From assembly GCA_030704615.1 (NCBI GenBank), contig CM060733.1, forward strand, positions 6,014,001-6,078,000: 64,000 nucleotides of DNA. Direction: 5' to 3'. Below the pieces are notes generated by a model that saw nothing but the letters and a program-made list of their open reading frames with translations, was not told the DNA's origin and ran no database searches. Position 1 is the first letter of the stretch. Each line of letters begins with the position of its first letter. The translations under genes were made by a program, and so were the position numbers. Below are positions 25,047 through 37,900 of the stretch, in pieces. The DNA is from Takakia lepidozioides. Lineage: Eukaryota > Plantae > Bryophyta.

Positions 25047-26042
25047 CGTGAGCCTGGAAGCATGAGCCTGTGAGCCCAGGTGCCCGTGAGCCCAGCATAG
25101 GCTCACGCCACGTCAGCATGGAATTCTGAACTTGTAGGGCATATTTCCGCGGGAGGTGCCTATTTCCGCGGTTTGATTAATTTTTTTCAGTCATTGCAGA
25201 TGACATTTGTTACATCCATTCCATCCATCTGTTTCATCCATTTAGACGTGGTTTACATACCAAGTCCTTGCATGCTAGGAAATGGATGAATGTCATTGTG
25301 TTTGAATGGAACATTATTCGGGATGTCCGGGATGAAATAGTGGATGTGGATGCATAGTCCTCTGCGTAGATGAATGTGGCTACGTCGTGTGCATACGTAC
25401 GTATGCAGTCCCGCCACATGTATGCACCCAATAATGCATATACAATCATAGAGGGAAAGAATCCGATACAGACAAGGAGGTGGACAGACATGGAGGAAGG
25501 GACGATAGCGGACGCTAGAGGGGTGGAGTGAGCACTGTCTCTAGAGGTTGATGGTTTGAGAACATCGGATGGAATTAGGAAGGTAAAGTCGTGGAGCTTC
25601 TGTGCAGTAGGTCATCCTCAGCGGGAATGAATCTCAGAACAGTTTCCTCGGAGGGGGGGTTTTTTTTTTCTTTGCAAAACAAGGGACAATGGCCCTCATA
25701 TTTCGTATGCACCGCATATACCAGACAACAACGTTTTTTTTTAAACAAAATTATTTTTATTTAATTTTGTAATTTTGTAATTTTTAATTATTGTTTTTAC
25801 AAAACATGGGACAATGGCCCTCATATTTCGCAACAGTGTTTTCTTTATTTAATTTATTAAATTGATATTTTTACAAAACAGGGACAATGACCTTCATATT
25901 GTCATTTTTTGGCTTCCTCGGATATAGGGTCGTTATGCAGTAATCCGCGGAAATACGTCCGATTGCTTAATGTTTTGACGACCCATCCATGCTCATAATC
26001 ATATATAATTTATATTATGGGCTCACGATTTCCAGCTCACCG
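25047..26042. mobile_element. Unclassified TIR element
   Basis: Imperfect inverted ends GTGAGCCTGGAAGCATGAGCC / GGGCTCACGATTTCCAGCTCAC and an inner inverted pair ATTTCCGCGG / CCGCGGAAAT. No convincing TSD. Confidence 0.45.
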
Positions 26043-26049
26043 CTCACCA

Positions 26050-27700
26050 CTCACGGTGTAGCGTCCCTGAGTTGTGGTCAATGGCGTGGTTTCCAAACCC
26101 TTCCCTCTGTTCAAATCTGTAAGACAAGGGTGTCCACTGTCCCCTTTTCTTTTGTTGATAGCAACAGATGCGTTAGGTCACTTATTAGATAGGAGGAAAA
26201 ACTCTTTGGGCCTAGTAGTACCTAATTCCCCAATAACTTTTTCTTTTCCATTCGCTCCTCGTTATATGCTAATGACACATCCTTGTTCATTAACAACTCA
26301 TCTCTATCCAACGTCAATGCGGCACAGCGGCACTCAACTCGTTGAAGGCATTATGTGCAGCCTCGGTCTCAAAATCAACTGGAATAAATTTGTTGTTATA
26401 TAAAGTCAACTGACAGACCCCTCTGTTGCAGCACACATTGCCCCATGGGGTATTGAATTGGGTTTGAGATGGCTCTTGGACGGTGAATCGCATGATCTCT
26501 TAGGTCAATTGGTGGGAACTGATCTCTCTGATGATACCAGATTTGCTGTTGTCACTTACAAAACTAAAAATGAAGCTTGCACATTGGTGTTCCTTGCATC
26601 TGTCTCTCGTTGGTAGAGCTTTGATTGTTAACCAAGTGCTCTTGGCTTCACTGTGGTTTCTGATGACAACTCTTTGTCTCTTATCTCTCCTGAATCTGCA
26701 GCGCAACAGCTATCGAAGCGAAGGGTTGATGCTGGCTGGAATGCAATTATGGGAGATCTCCCTGACAATTGGACAAGACTACTTGCTGAACCTCACCCGC
26801 AGTCTCTTACCGGCTGGTTAGGGAACCTGGATGCTGATGAAGACATGAAATATGCCTTGGTGTTGTGCCCTTTTGCTATTTGGGACAACGCCCTTCGGCT
26901 ATACTCCTTCTGGTCTTCTGACTTGGACTCCTCTCCCTCTGTCTTGTTACTCAATGTAAAGAATGGGAGAATGCACTGTTCTTGTCCAGTGTGGGAGTCT
27001 CTCAGGGGGATTATCCTATGGCAGCTTTGGAAAATGAGGTGTTGTGTGGTATATCAGAAAGAGAGGCCGTGCATGCAGAAAGTTTTGTATCTGGCTCACT
27101 TAGACCTTAGGTCTGAAGCTTGGTCTGTTTTACTTGCAGCTCTTTCCAGGTGTCACAGTAATCGAAGACCCCAACTCTTTGACAAGTTCGACAATTCTTG
27201 GGGGAATGACTTCGTTTAGGGACACAAGGATTGTGTGGGAAGACTCCCCCCCCCCCTATTGGCAGCTCAACTAGCACTAAACAGACTCCACTAGAGAATG
27301 AAGATGCGGAAATAAATTGGAGACACAAGCGTAGTAGCCCTAGGAAGCAAAAATCAAATGCTCAGCTTACTTATGAGGGTCCTAAAAAGAAACGGAGCAG
27401 TACGTAGGCTGTTCATGGCAGCCTTGGTCCTGCCTTTTTTTTTTTTGCAGGATAGAATTGACAGTTTGGTTTGGCCATATCAGCTCTATTCTAAATCCTC
27501 ACTTCTCCTTGTTTTCGACTTAGCTAGGATAATTCCTTCCTAGTCTTGATTCCTCTTCCCCTGTTTTCTGCTATGTTCGCTCTAAGTGGTACCTCTGTAA
27601 TCTGCTTTATGGCTCCCTGTAAGTTTATTTTTTCCTTACCTCTTCTTTAATAAAATTTTCAGGGCTACAATCCCCCTGTTATTAAAAAAAAACAAAACAA
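26050..27700 (+). mobile_element. 5'-truncated degenerate L1-clade LINE
   Basis: VNGVVSKPFPLFKSVRQGCPLSPFLL, LSLVGRALIVNQVLLASLW, ILWQLWKMRCCVVY. Ends in AATAAA followed by an A-rich tail. Confidence 0.85.
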
Positions 27701-30090
27701 AAACCTAAAACCAGAATTTCAACAACGGAATTCATTCCTAATTTTGCATTTTTTCCATTTAAAGTTTTTATTCGTGAATGGAATATGGCAGTCTTCATTA
27801 GTCTGTAGATTGGATTATACATTTTTCTTCTACACTCCTGGCTTTTTGCCTCTCCTTTGTTCTCTTGGGCTCTAGTTCTTTGTGTTCCCGGGTGATTTCC
27901 CAGCTGTACAGCCTCGATGGCTCCCACAGGGTTATTTTTTCCCTGTTTTTCTTTATTACGATTTTATGGGCCTAGCCCCTTTCCTTCCAAAAAAAAAAGA
28001 TTGGCAACTGGAGAGTTCAGTTTTTTTGCACTCTACAATCCTCATTTGTATGCCTTTCAGGTTTGCATGTTATAGCTTACTTTGCAAAATGTGGAATGTA
28101 TGGTCAATTTTTAAGATGGGGTTTCCCAATAAGATTTGTCTTGTGATGTACTCAAGGTGTGAGGATTGTAATGCGTTTTTGTTAATTTTTTGTTGGAAAA
28201 CTTATATCACAGTTATAGTGAGAGATGGTATGGCGGCTTTGAATGCTTCGATCATTTTGTGTTGGTATTGGATTGCGGTTTATGTACAATTGTTGGCTAC
28301 TAAAAAACCTTCCACCAATGTACCTTTCTCTCATTAATAAAATTTATCAGGGCCACGGCCCACCGTCCCCTGTTCCTGAAAACAAATAAAAATAAAAATA
28401 AAATTCTTAGCTTCCTGCAGCCTCTCACAGTTATGGCTAGGGGGCAGTGACTCATTTTTCATCCTTATGGTTGTTTTCTGAGGTTATTTTTTCCCAATAA
28501 CATTCTCCAGGGCCACAGCCCCTGTTCTTTAAAAAATAAAAAATAAAAATCATAGAGCTCTTGAGATCTACTCGTTTTGTGATATAGTTTAAAGCTCAAT
28601 GTCATGCTCGGAATGCATCAACCACACGGCCTAACAAGGCTATCAATGAACTATATTAGACTTGTCAAACTTTCTTTTGCAAAGACAAAGATCAATATAC
28701 CATCTATTTTCTCTATGACGCAAGCCCAATATGCCATTGTTTAGGATCATCCATTAGCAGCATCTCACGTTAACTGGCTTTTCTATTTCATTGTAGGTGT
28801 GGTGACTGTTTGCTCTCTAGGATTAGGTGGGTGGGAATGGCCTGAAGGCATCACAGAATTTACATTACCCTTCACTTGGGACTTCATGGAATAGCTTTGG
28901 TGTATCTGAGAAGCTCAAATGAAAGTTAATTGTGTTTTCTTTGGGGAAGCAATCTGATACTGTTAATGGTTGCATCAATTGTGGATTAAGCTTCCAATAT
29001 GGAAGACATTGTCTTTGCCTCGCAATACTTAAAATTGAGACTTTCCCTACAGCTTTTTAGACTTAGCTTTTGTTTCTGGCGTGCCTCAAGAAGTTTGCAA
29101 ATGGGTTTACTATATTTAAGAATAGGGCAACTGGGGGGCAAGGACTGCCTATGTAACTCACGGGTAGAAGGGCAAAGCAGTCAAGGGAGCGAAGCTGTGG
29201 CGACAAATTGATGAGCTGCAGGCCACAGAAACAGAAACAGTAACTAGAAGAGGTGGAAGGTTGAGGATGGATCTTTTGGCAAGGACTCGGGTTGGGGAGA
29301 GAGGGCAAAATCACTAAACATAATGGTTTTGATTCTCGGATTAGTCCAAGTAGGAAGATGATTTTCACATCCGACAAAGGACTTAATGTCCAAAGAGGTC
29401 AGCTGATTTTATCATGAATATCAGTGAATATCAGGTAAGCAGTGGCTCAAATAATTCGAACTTCAAGTGGTTGCTACAATCATTTGTTTTTGAGAACACT
29501 GGAAATTTTTCACACCAGCTTCAAGGTAGTTTGTTACCAGATGATTGTATGTTCGTTCTCTCCAGGAATTTTCGTTGTGGGATGAAAGCTTTGGCACTTG
29601 TGTTTTGTCTAGAGCTTTCTAATTTGATACTAGCTTACCACATGCTGCTTTATGATTCCTGGAGGTTATTTTGCTGTAGGTGTCTCATGTTCTAACATTG
29701 TTCATTTATCCCTTCACCTTCTCTTGCAGGTCATTGAATTGCTTCGCATTGATACCAGAAGCCTCACCTTTGGTAAGGTTTTCCTTGCATATAAAAGCAA
29801 AAACCAGGTATGTATGCTGTCATGCAGTGTCTGCACACTAAAAGCTCTCTCCTCTGGAGGCGTCCTTAATCTTCCATTCACAATCTTTCTCCAGTAGCTT
29901 GTATGTATCAGGTATCAGATACCTTGGAAAAGTTTTGTGCACTTCTTCCCCACAGTCAATATACGAGGATCTATTTAAAGATGTGTGATTGGGTGATCGA
30001 CCTGGTAGCTACCTGCAATTTTAATTGAATTGTCAATTGGCATTTTAAAAAGGTTTGCTAAGAGAGTCATGAAAGAATGGAGATAAGAGG

Positions 30091-32856
30091 CTAGTGTGCA
30101 ACAGGAGGCCAGCCTGGAACAACAGCATCTTGCAATAAAGTAAGGCTTCTTGTCCCTCCATACTCCACTGGTAGTTCTTGAATATCAATTTGATCAAGAA
30201 GAGTCTCCATAGTCTTTTTCTTGTCCACAATGAGAATCTGCAGATGAGACAACACTACAGATAGTCAGACAATGACATAAACCTTGGAGTTACGAGTCGG
30301 GGCTATCCTCACAGGGATATGCATGCCCAAGGTTTAGTCTGAGGTCTAATTACATGGCAGGAATACAGATACAGTGGGGACATTTCACCTTTTCACGGTT
30401 TGCTCCATTAATGAAGGGAGACACAACTTTCCAGAGACCGTTGAAAATGTGTGGCGCATTGATCAAGTAAAACTTCTCAATCCGATCTGGATAATGAGAC
30501 TGCATAGGATTGCACACTAAACTGTCAGACTTGCTTGCGGCCTCTTCTCAATTTTCTTTGAGGTAGATTGCAACCTGTAAGCATCCTGTTCACCCAACCC
30601 CACCCTCCTCTGCATGCTTCCCTCCTCTCTGTCCCCCAATAACTATGACAAATGAGTGTAGCTAGCCTTTCAAAGATACATTTTCCGAAGTCCTTACAAA
30701 ACTTTTCCTGTGACCTCAGTTTCTGTGTGTTGTTGACAAAAAATATATTCGTAAAACATGTGCCGGAGCCTTGTGGCCATAGACACCACGCCCAGATTGG
30801 GTAGGATGTGTCAAGAGTTGAGAGAAAGAGAGAGAGAGAGAGATTCATAGCCTATGGGTGGGAAGGTTCATAAGCTGGCCTGTAGGATATCGAAAGCGGC
30901 AATGAATCCACGGGTATCCAAGTTCTGGAAACTCAGACCATTGAGGTCAACTATCCCAACAAACTTCCCATCGTCAGGTGCACTGCCATTACAGAGCCGT
31001 GGTTAGCTTGGTCACAAATGGACAAGAACTTCCAAGGAAAGGAGTTCTACATGAGGTCTAAAGGGTGGACCAATCTAGTCTTGCAATGACCCCTGAGAGC
31101 TGAAGGGGCGTACAGAGATTCTTAAATACTTCAATAAAGGAAACAGAAGCAAGATTTTCCCGAGCCAACTTTCTGGCAGACATCAGCTAAGAAAAGATCT
31201 ATTGAAGGATCTGATCTTTAGCACTAGCTTAAGTGGTGCACAGGAACAACATTACATGCAGGCACCTATGAGGAATGAAAATGAATGGCTCCTAGTGTTT
31301 GCAGCGTGGGCAGTGGCTGGAGACACAGCGAGCTGATATGTTTCAACAGATTCTGACAGACATGGTTTCTTTTCCCTCTCTCTATGTTGCAACTGGGGAT
31401 GTGTCTTGCAAAGTCCACAAAAGTCTCAACATGAAGGTACAGATGAATCAGGGAGAGGAGGTTAAAGCAAGCAGTCTCAACTTACGCAGCAATAGCCTTG
31501 TCAAAGATATATACGCTGAACCCTGCTCCCACCCTACACCCTTGTTAGCAACTTATTGAATAATACTGACAAATAATTAGAATGTACCAAAACACATGTA
31601 GGTCTTGAGCATGCTGATGCCCTAAGAAGCAAGTGGGTGCTTAAGGTTCACTCGTGACAGTCTGAGAACGTTGACAATAGTGCACAAGATGAGCCACACA
31701 CATACTCTTGAACTCCTCAAAGTCTTTCTTGTTGGGAAAATGCTTGCACCCAAGTGTAAAAATAATTGGATGGCTCTGCTTGTCTTGGCCTTGCATATAT
31801 GTTTTTTTGGCGCCAAGCTCCCCAGCAATCTCAGACTCGTTAATATACCCATTTGGCACAAAAGATGCCCTCCACTGCTGGTGGCTCACAATGGCCTTGG
31901 CTGTCTCATCAAAATTGAAGGACTTCCCTCGGAGAAACCGCAACAGTGTTGCATCATCCACCCCCTTCATTCACCATGACAAGTCAGTCGGCTAAAAAGT
32001 TAGCACCAGACGTGTAGAAAATATTCTTGCATCTGTTGTGCATAGAGGAATCAAAGACAGTGAATAGAGGGGTTGCGACCACAACCACACAAACACGCAA
32101 AGGTGTGTGAAAGCTCACCTCGGACTTCCCTCCTTCACGATCCACGGCTTCCCGTAAGCTTCTCAAAACTTCCGCGTTCACAAAGTCCTCGGCGGCTACA
32201 CCATTTTCATTCACTTTGTTGTCTAGTGCATGTACAAAGCTAGAATGCCCTGAAAGCACAAACAATTGCAGTTAGACAAACATCCTTATTCCCGCGGTGG
32301 CAGAGGATGCGAAAAATCCTCTTAAAATGCTGATTTTCAGTAATCCATTTTCAGTAATGATTCTTACTAAACTGTTAATATGCTTTTTTGCAACAACTCT
32401 TAGGGACCCCATAGACCAAAAGTATATGAAACTGGCAACTCCTCTGAATTTGAGGAGGTTAGGAGTTAGGACTTTCGAGGTTGAATTGGCGAAGACCAAC
32501 TGCAACTTCAGGACAGTGATGTGGGAAGGAGAGCCGGAGGTAACTCCTTGCGTGCACTACAACTCTGACTCGGATTTGTAAGAAATCCAGCCAACTACGT
32601 TATCATGGCCGTCAGTCAAAATGGAAACTCCAGGAGGACTGATCGATAGCAGTCTGCTGCAATTCCTCTATCTTCGAAAACGTGGCTCACCTGACCCTCG
32701 ACGGCCGAACCATACCCACGGCGATCTGTGTAACGACGTCATCGGAAAACTCCTGACAAATGCAGATGGAAAGAGGGAAGTCCGAAGCAACCCATCTGTT
32801 GCAGGTGCTTGCATGAATACATTTTTCCCGTACGAGAGCGAGGCCGCGCACACCAT
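30091..32856 (-). CDS. Sec14/CRAL-TRIO lipid-binding protein with putative N-terminal extension
   Basis: Exons 32119-32249, 31706-31964, 31486-31522, 30880-30982, 30389-30499, 30091-30237 give DDATLLRFLRGKSFN...GIVDLNGLSFQNLD...DILQSHYPDRIEKFYLINAP...LPVEYGG...*. Exon 32691-32856 is phase-compatible but less certain. Confidence 0.88.
30745..30810 (-). mobile_element. Short RTE-X-like 3'-end remnant in a CRAL-TRIO intron
   Basis: Reverse complement CTGGGCGTGGTGTCTATGGCCACAAGGCTCCGGCACA matches the family 3' end. Adjacent to a (GA)n tract. Confidence 0.7.
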
Positions 32857-33295
32857 GGCCTGGCTTACCATGATTGCAATGCAAACAAAGAGAGAGTGAC
32901 AAAAAGAAAAAGACACTAAAAACAGAAAGCAAACACAGGCTTGCCAGCCAGACCCAATATTCAACATTCAAACCCCACAGATTTTGTGTGACTTGCCTGT
33001 AACTTATGTATCTGGAACAGTAGCTGTTGGGTGGTCTGTTGGGTGGTCTGACGGTCTGAACATACCACCTGTTGCAGATCCTACCTAATCACACTCTGGC
33101 AGATCGAGACTGCCAATAAGCGCATTTGTAGTTCTGGTTTAACGCTGGGGAGAGCATTGATGGCTGCCTGACGTTTATGCGTATATCTAACAACTACACT
33201 TATAAGCTGACAACTGTGACTCGCACACAGACGTGAATCCGAGGGGTTTCCAAGTTTTAAGAAAGTCGAGGATGTGCACATCCTTCTTGTTGGTA

Positions 33296-34516
33296 CAGTC
33301 GACCCTGCCTTGTTGTTACCTGCTTATGTGTTATTTCACTCTACATGTTACGGTTTTGATACTTTGCAAAAAAATACACTAGAAACCATGTCAAGAGTGT
33401 TAAGTGGTTAATTGTTAGTTTATCCTACTCTTCATAGTGTTAACTCACCTCCTTAAGTTAGATTCCATAGAGAGACGTCCCCAAAATAGAGCATCTATTC
33501 ATGCTCATCTGAAATAGAGCATCCATCCATCCATTCATCCATTCATGAGGTTCAAGCTTGCCATTGACACTTCACATTTATATCTTGCGCAGCAAAACAC
33601 CGATACTGGTACTACTACTTGTCTCGTGAAGTGTTTAAGAAGGAAGTGATTTCAGCTAGGCATTCTACTTGTCGACAAACCGACATTCTTTCATATTTTC
33701 AACCTACTCAATGATTAAATGTTATCTTTCATTGGCAGGACCTGGTTTACTGTGCCTCTTGTAACTGATAATTTATGAAAAATCTCCCCTGCTTTCCGGT
33801 TATATGTGATACCTCCTCTCATTGTTTAATAAAGGGTCATGAATGCACGTGGGCGGGCCCCGCCTGTACGACCCTTGGGGTGAGCTCATAAGCCCACCGC
33901 CCATTCACCGGGTCGGCGAGATTCTGAAATTTTTTTCTAAGTCCTTGTTAATCTACCGTGGCGGACCTTCTAGCGGACTGGGCAGACCCTCCAGCAGACC
34001 GACTCCAACCTTCTAGCAGACCCTCCAGACCGACGAGCGGACTGGCACCTCTCCAGCAGACTAGGCAGACCCCCTCCGGCAGATCGGCAGACCCTCCTCC
34101 AGATCGGCAGACCCTTCGACAAATATATTTTAAACACACGTTACTACCACGGTACAACATAACAAGATTTGAGCTCTCCACCTCATATACGACATGCAAT
34201 GCTCTTAACCACCACACTGTCTACCACTTTCTACAAACGCTTGCAATAACTAATGTTTTATGTGCATATTGTGGGCCCCAACAAACTAGCTCATGTGTTT
34301 TGTGGGCCCCAGCAGACCAGCTTGCCGGGCAGACCCAACAAGCAGATTGGCGGGGTCCGGGTATGGGCGCTCCCACCCTCTACCTCACGCGGCCCCGCCG
34401 CAACCACATGTGCGGGCATTCATGACCCTATTATTGTTAAATGAGAAGCTGTGATACCTGGCTATATGTTAGAAATTTCATACTCTAGAGGCCTAACATT
34501 AAAGCAGGGCCGACTG
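33296..34516. mobile_element. Tc1/mariner-like non-autonomous element
   Basis: TA|CAGTCGACCCTGC ... GCAGGGCCGACTG|TA. Same TIR family as 23658-24504. Confidence 0.75.
33834..34428. mobile_element. GC-rich MITE nested in the Tc1-like element
   Basis: TIRs GGGTCATGAATGC / GCATTCATGACCC and internal CAGACC repeats. TSD not resolved. Confidence 0.6.
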
Positions 34517-34961
34517 TAACACCACTTCAGCTAAACACTTGGAAGTCTCGGCAGCAGTAATGAGTATCCCTGAGAACATAGCGTACTAAAGTCTGCCTGA
34601 CAAGGCCCACAGAGACTTTAGTGTTGACTGGAAGCAATTTTTAGGCCCAGCCACTTGCGAAAATTGTAGATAATAAACCAACTCTTCCATAAGAGATCGG
34701 AATGGTGGCTGGCCGACATGCCAGGGAACCTTGCTCACTATCACACCTGCTCTTATAGATGACCAAAAATCCCCATGACAATCGTATAAAAAGAAGACAG
34801 AAGCTGCAAAAATTGGGGATTGGGGGAACAATTAGTGTTGTACTGATATGTCAATTTTGGCATATCATACCAGACTGGTCCTCCTAGGTTGCACTTGACT
34901 ATTGGGTCCAACTGGTAGGGCCCAGTGTAGATTAGGACTGGCCAAGGTCTGCAAGCAGGGC

Positions 34962-37900
34962 TGTCGCACACCTCAGTTCGGTAAACTCCCCTTCAAGTCA
35001 TAGTTACTCGCTTTGATGCGCGCGCCTGACTCCCAACCTGGCCGCCGGGCCAACTTGGAGTTTCGGCTGCTCACCGGGACATAACGGTCCCCTTCCGCTT
35101 CCCTCTAAACCCTCCACCTATTTGGGACTAGGAGAATTCCCTTTGGTAGATGGCAGTCCGGAACAGCTCCCCACTCTTTGGTCGCTTTCCGGCTCGCTCG
35201 CTTACTCACTAGTTTTTGGTCACCAACGGGCTTGCACCGTTCTCGGGGTTACTACTCCCTATATATACTTCTGTAGCTGTCCGCGGGGGTTTCATAACCA
35301 GCCATGCCATTTTATGGCGAACCACCACGAAAACCCTCGACTCCCGGTGGTGAGTCGCGGTGAGTCTTGGCCCACTCACCGCGGCCCCAATGGACCGTGA
35401 TGAGTCCCAAGACTCCCCACGACTCCCACCTCGAGGTCTCCACCCCAGGGTGGGTGTGGGGGGGGTGCCACCTCCACCGCAACCCGGTGTGCGGGGCTCC
35501 ACCTAGTGAGCGCCTCCGCCTCCTTGAGTGCCTTGGGCACTCAAGGGTGCTTCAGCCCCCCATACCTATCGCTGCCGCTGCCCCCCCACCACAGGGGCAG
35601 CCCCTCATGTGTCCCGACCCCCTGCCCTCAAGGCAAAGGCCGCGACACACACCCCTACCAACAGGGAGTCGATGTCCTCATCGACTTGTCCATTTTGTAG
35701 AAACGAACATCCAAGTTGTGGCGTCCCACATCAAGGAGTTTGTTTCCGTACCATGGCGTCCCATGGCAAAGAACCAAACCCCACACTTGACTCCACTCTC
35801 CACTAGCTAGTTCGGCCGACTTCCTCCAAGTCCCGGCCAAGGGTGGAGCCTCTCCAGCTCCTCCCAGTGCACTCTTCTTGGCCTACTTCAAGGCCAAGGA
35901 ACGATCCTCCCCGAGGATCGAATCGCCTTACTGCAACAACATTGCTTGCGATCGCTCATGATGCCGCTTTTGGCATCACCTTGAGCAAGGGTTCACCTGG
36001 AACCCTCTTTGACTAGGAAGATAACCTTGAACCAACCGTGCGCCCCAATCACTACAATTGGGTCCGCCTTGGAATGCTGGCCTGAGGTACGGGAACACGC
36101 CGAAGCCGCACTACGACTTCGTCCCGAGGCTACACGATTATAGTACGTGAACGGAAGCACGTAGCTTCCGCGTTAGCCCGCACTACAAGGCAACCCCCTC
36201 GGTAGCGCAGTTATAGTACGCGCACGCGCCAGGTGCGCACTAGCACTTGAACTCCCAAATAAGGCGCAAGTTTCCTTGCCCCTTGGATGGGAGTCACCCG
36301 ATTTCGGCACTGCGCAAACACACGATTAACCCAATTTACCTCTCCCACTTTTGTAAGCTAGCATGCATTCTACACACCAGCCAACCACACCATGCATCAC
36401 CATTCCAAACACAATAGGACGCACAATATTTGGAACCCATTTCCTTTATCACAAATTTTTGTACAATACAAGTTTTGCAATCGGATTCCTGAGCTAGCTA
36501 AACCGGGCTAAGCATGCATTTCCTCCCCCACGCTCCAAGGTTGATGTCCCCATCAACGCTTCTTCCCGCTTTTGAGGTCGCCCTTCGAACGCTGCAACTG
36601 CCTCGGATGCGTTTCCCATTTCTGAGGCACGCACCCAAGATGCCTCCACAAGATGATAGCCCTTCCATTTGACGAGATACTCCGTTCTCGGTTCTTGAAC
36701 CTCCTCGACTTAATTTGCCCTCCACCGCTCGTACTCGGTTCATTTTCATGTCCCCAAACATAGGTGGCGGACGCAACACTGGTTGCCGATTCGGACGTGC
36801 TTCATCTTTGATTAAGGCTTCAAAAGGGACATGGAATACTGTGGGTGCCCTTGCTGTTTGCTGGCACAAGCCTCCAATTCATACACATCCTCATTCATAA
36901 CCCTCCAATGCGAAAGGGACCCGCATACGGAGGTACAAACTCGGACTCATTTCCGGAGGTAGTCGACAATCTTGATGTTCACCACCTCTGTGCCTGCCTT
37001 CAACTTCACTTCCCTCCGCTTCCGATCGCCTGCCTTTCATACCGTTTCCTAGCTTTGGCAATGTTGTACTTTGCGAGCTTCAACAAACGCTCGCGTTCTT
37101 CGTAACATCGCCGCTACTGCCGGTTCCTCAACGTCTGGGCGGCCCAACTTGTCGGCACCCAGAGGTGCTTTTCCATAGACCAACACAAAAGGGGAACTCC
37201 CGTCGCGAGTGTTCTGTGTTATTATAACAGAACTCTCGCCGCGCTAAGTGTCCATCCAGTCTGATTGGTCTGTCCGACACGTAATTCCGCAAGAATTGCT
37301 TCACTACTACGGAATTCACTCTTCCGTTTGGCCGTCCGTCGTAGGTCGGAAGGCGGTGCTCATCTTCAGCCTCGTCCCCATCTTCTTCCAAAGTGCTCTC
37401 CAGAATTTACTCGTAAACTTTGGATCGCGGTCCGAGACAATATCCTTCGGGACTCCATGATGCTTTAAGACGTGGGCGAAGTAAAGTCGCCTGTCTCCTG
37501 CGCAGTCGCCGTCTCCTTGGTGGGGATGAAATGGGCCATTTTACTGAACCTATCTACCACCACCATGATTGCCATCGATCCTTTTGACAGCGGCATAGCA
37601 GTCATGAAATCCATCGAGACGCTTTCCCCAAGTCCCTCTGGAATCGGCAAGGGTTGTAACAGCCCCGCTTGCTTTTTAATACTCGCTCCGGTTTTGTTGG
37701 CATGTGGTGCATGTCTTAACATACTCCTCTGCCTCCTCCCTCAGTTTGGGCCAGAAATATCTTTCTACTCTTTCTTTCTTGAGTGCCGCAGTGCGCTTTG
37801 CTCCACGTGGCCCGCAAGCGGGCTATATGGCATTCTCTCAAGAGACTATCCCTGATCCCTCCCTTGGCACATGAGACGTTTTTGCTTATACCGGAGCAGT

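Noticed and set aside
28790-29910. Plus-strand splice-like signals (e.g. 29730-29806) suggesting a gene convergent with CRAL-TRIO
   Set aside because: No coherent reading frame or homology. A lncRNA cannot be shown without transcript data.
35122-35810. GC-rich ORFs duplicated at 41207-41928
   Set aside because: They lie within the gypsy LTRs and differ by frameshifts between the two copies.
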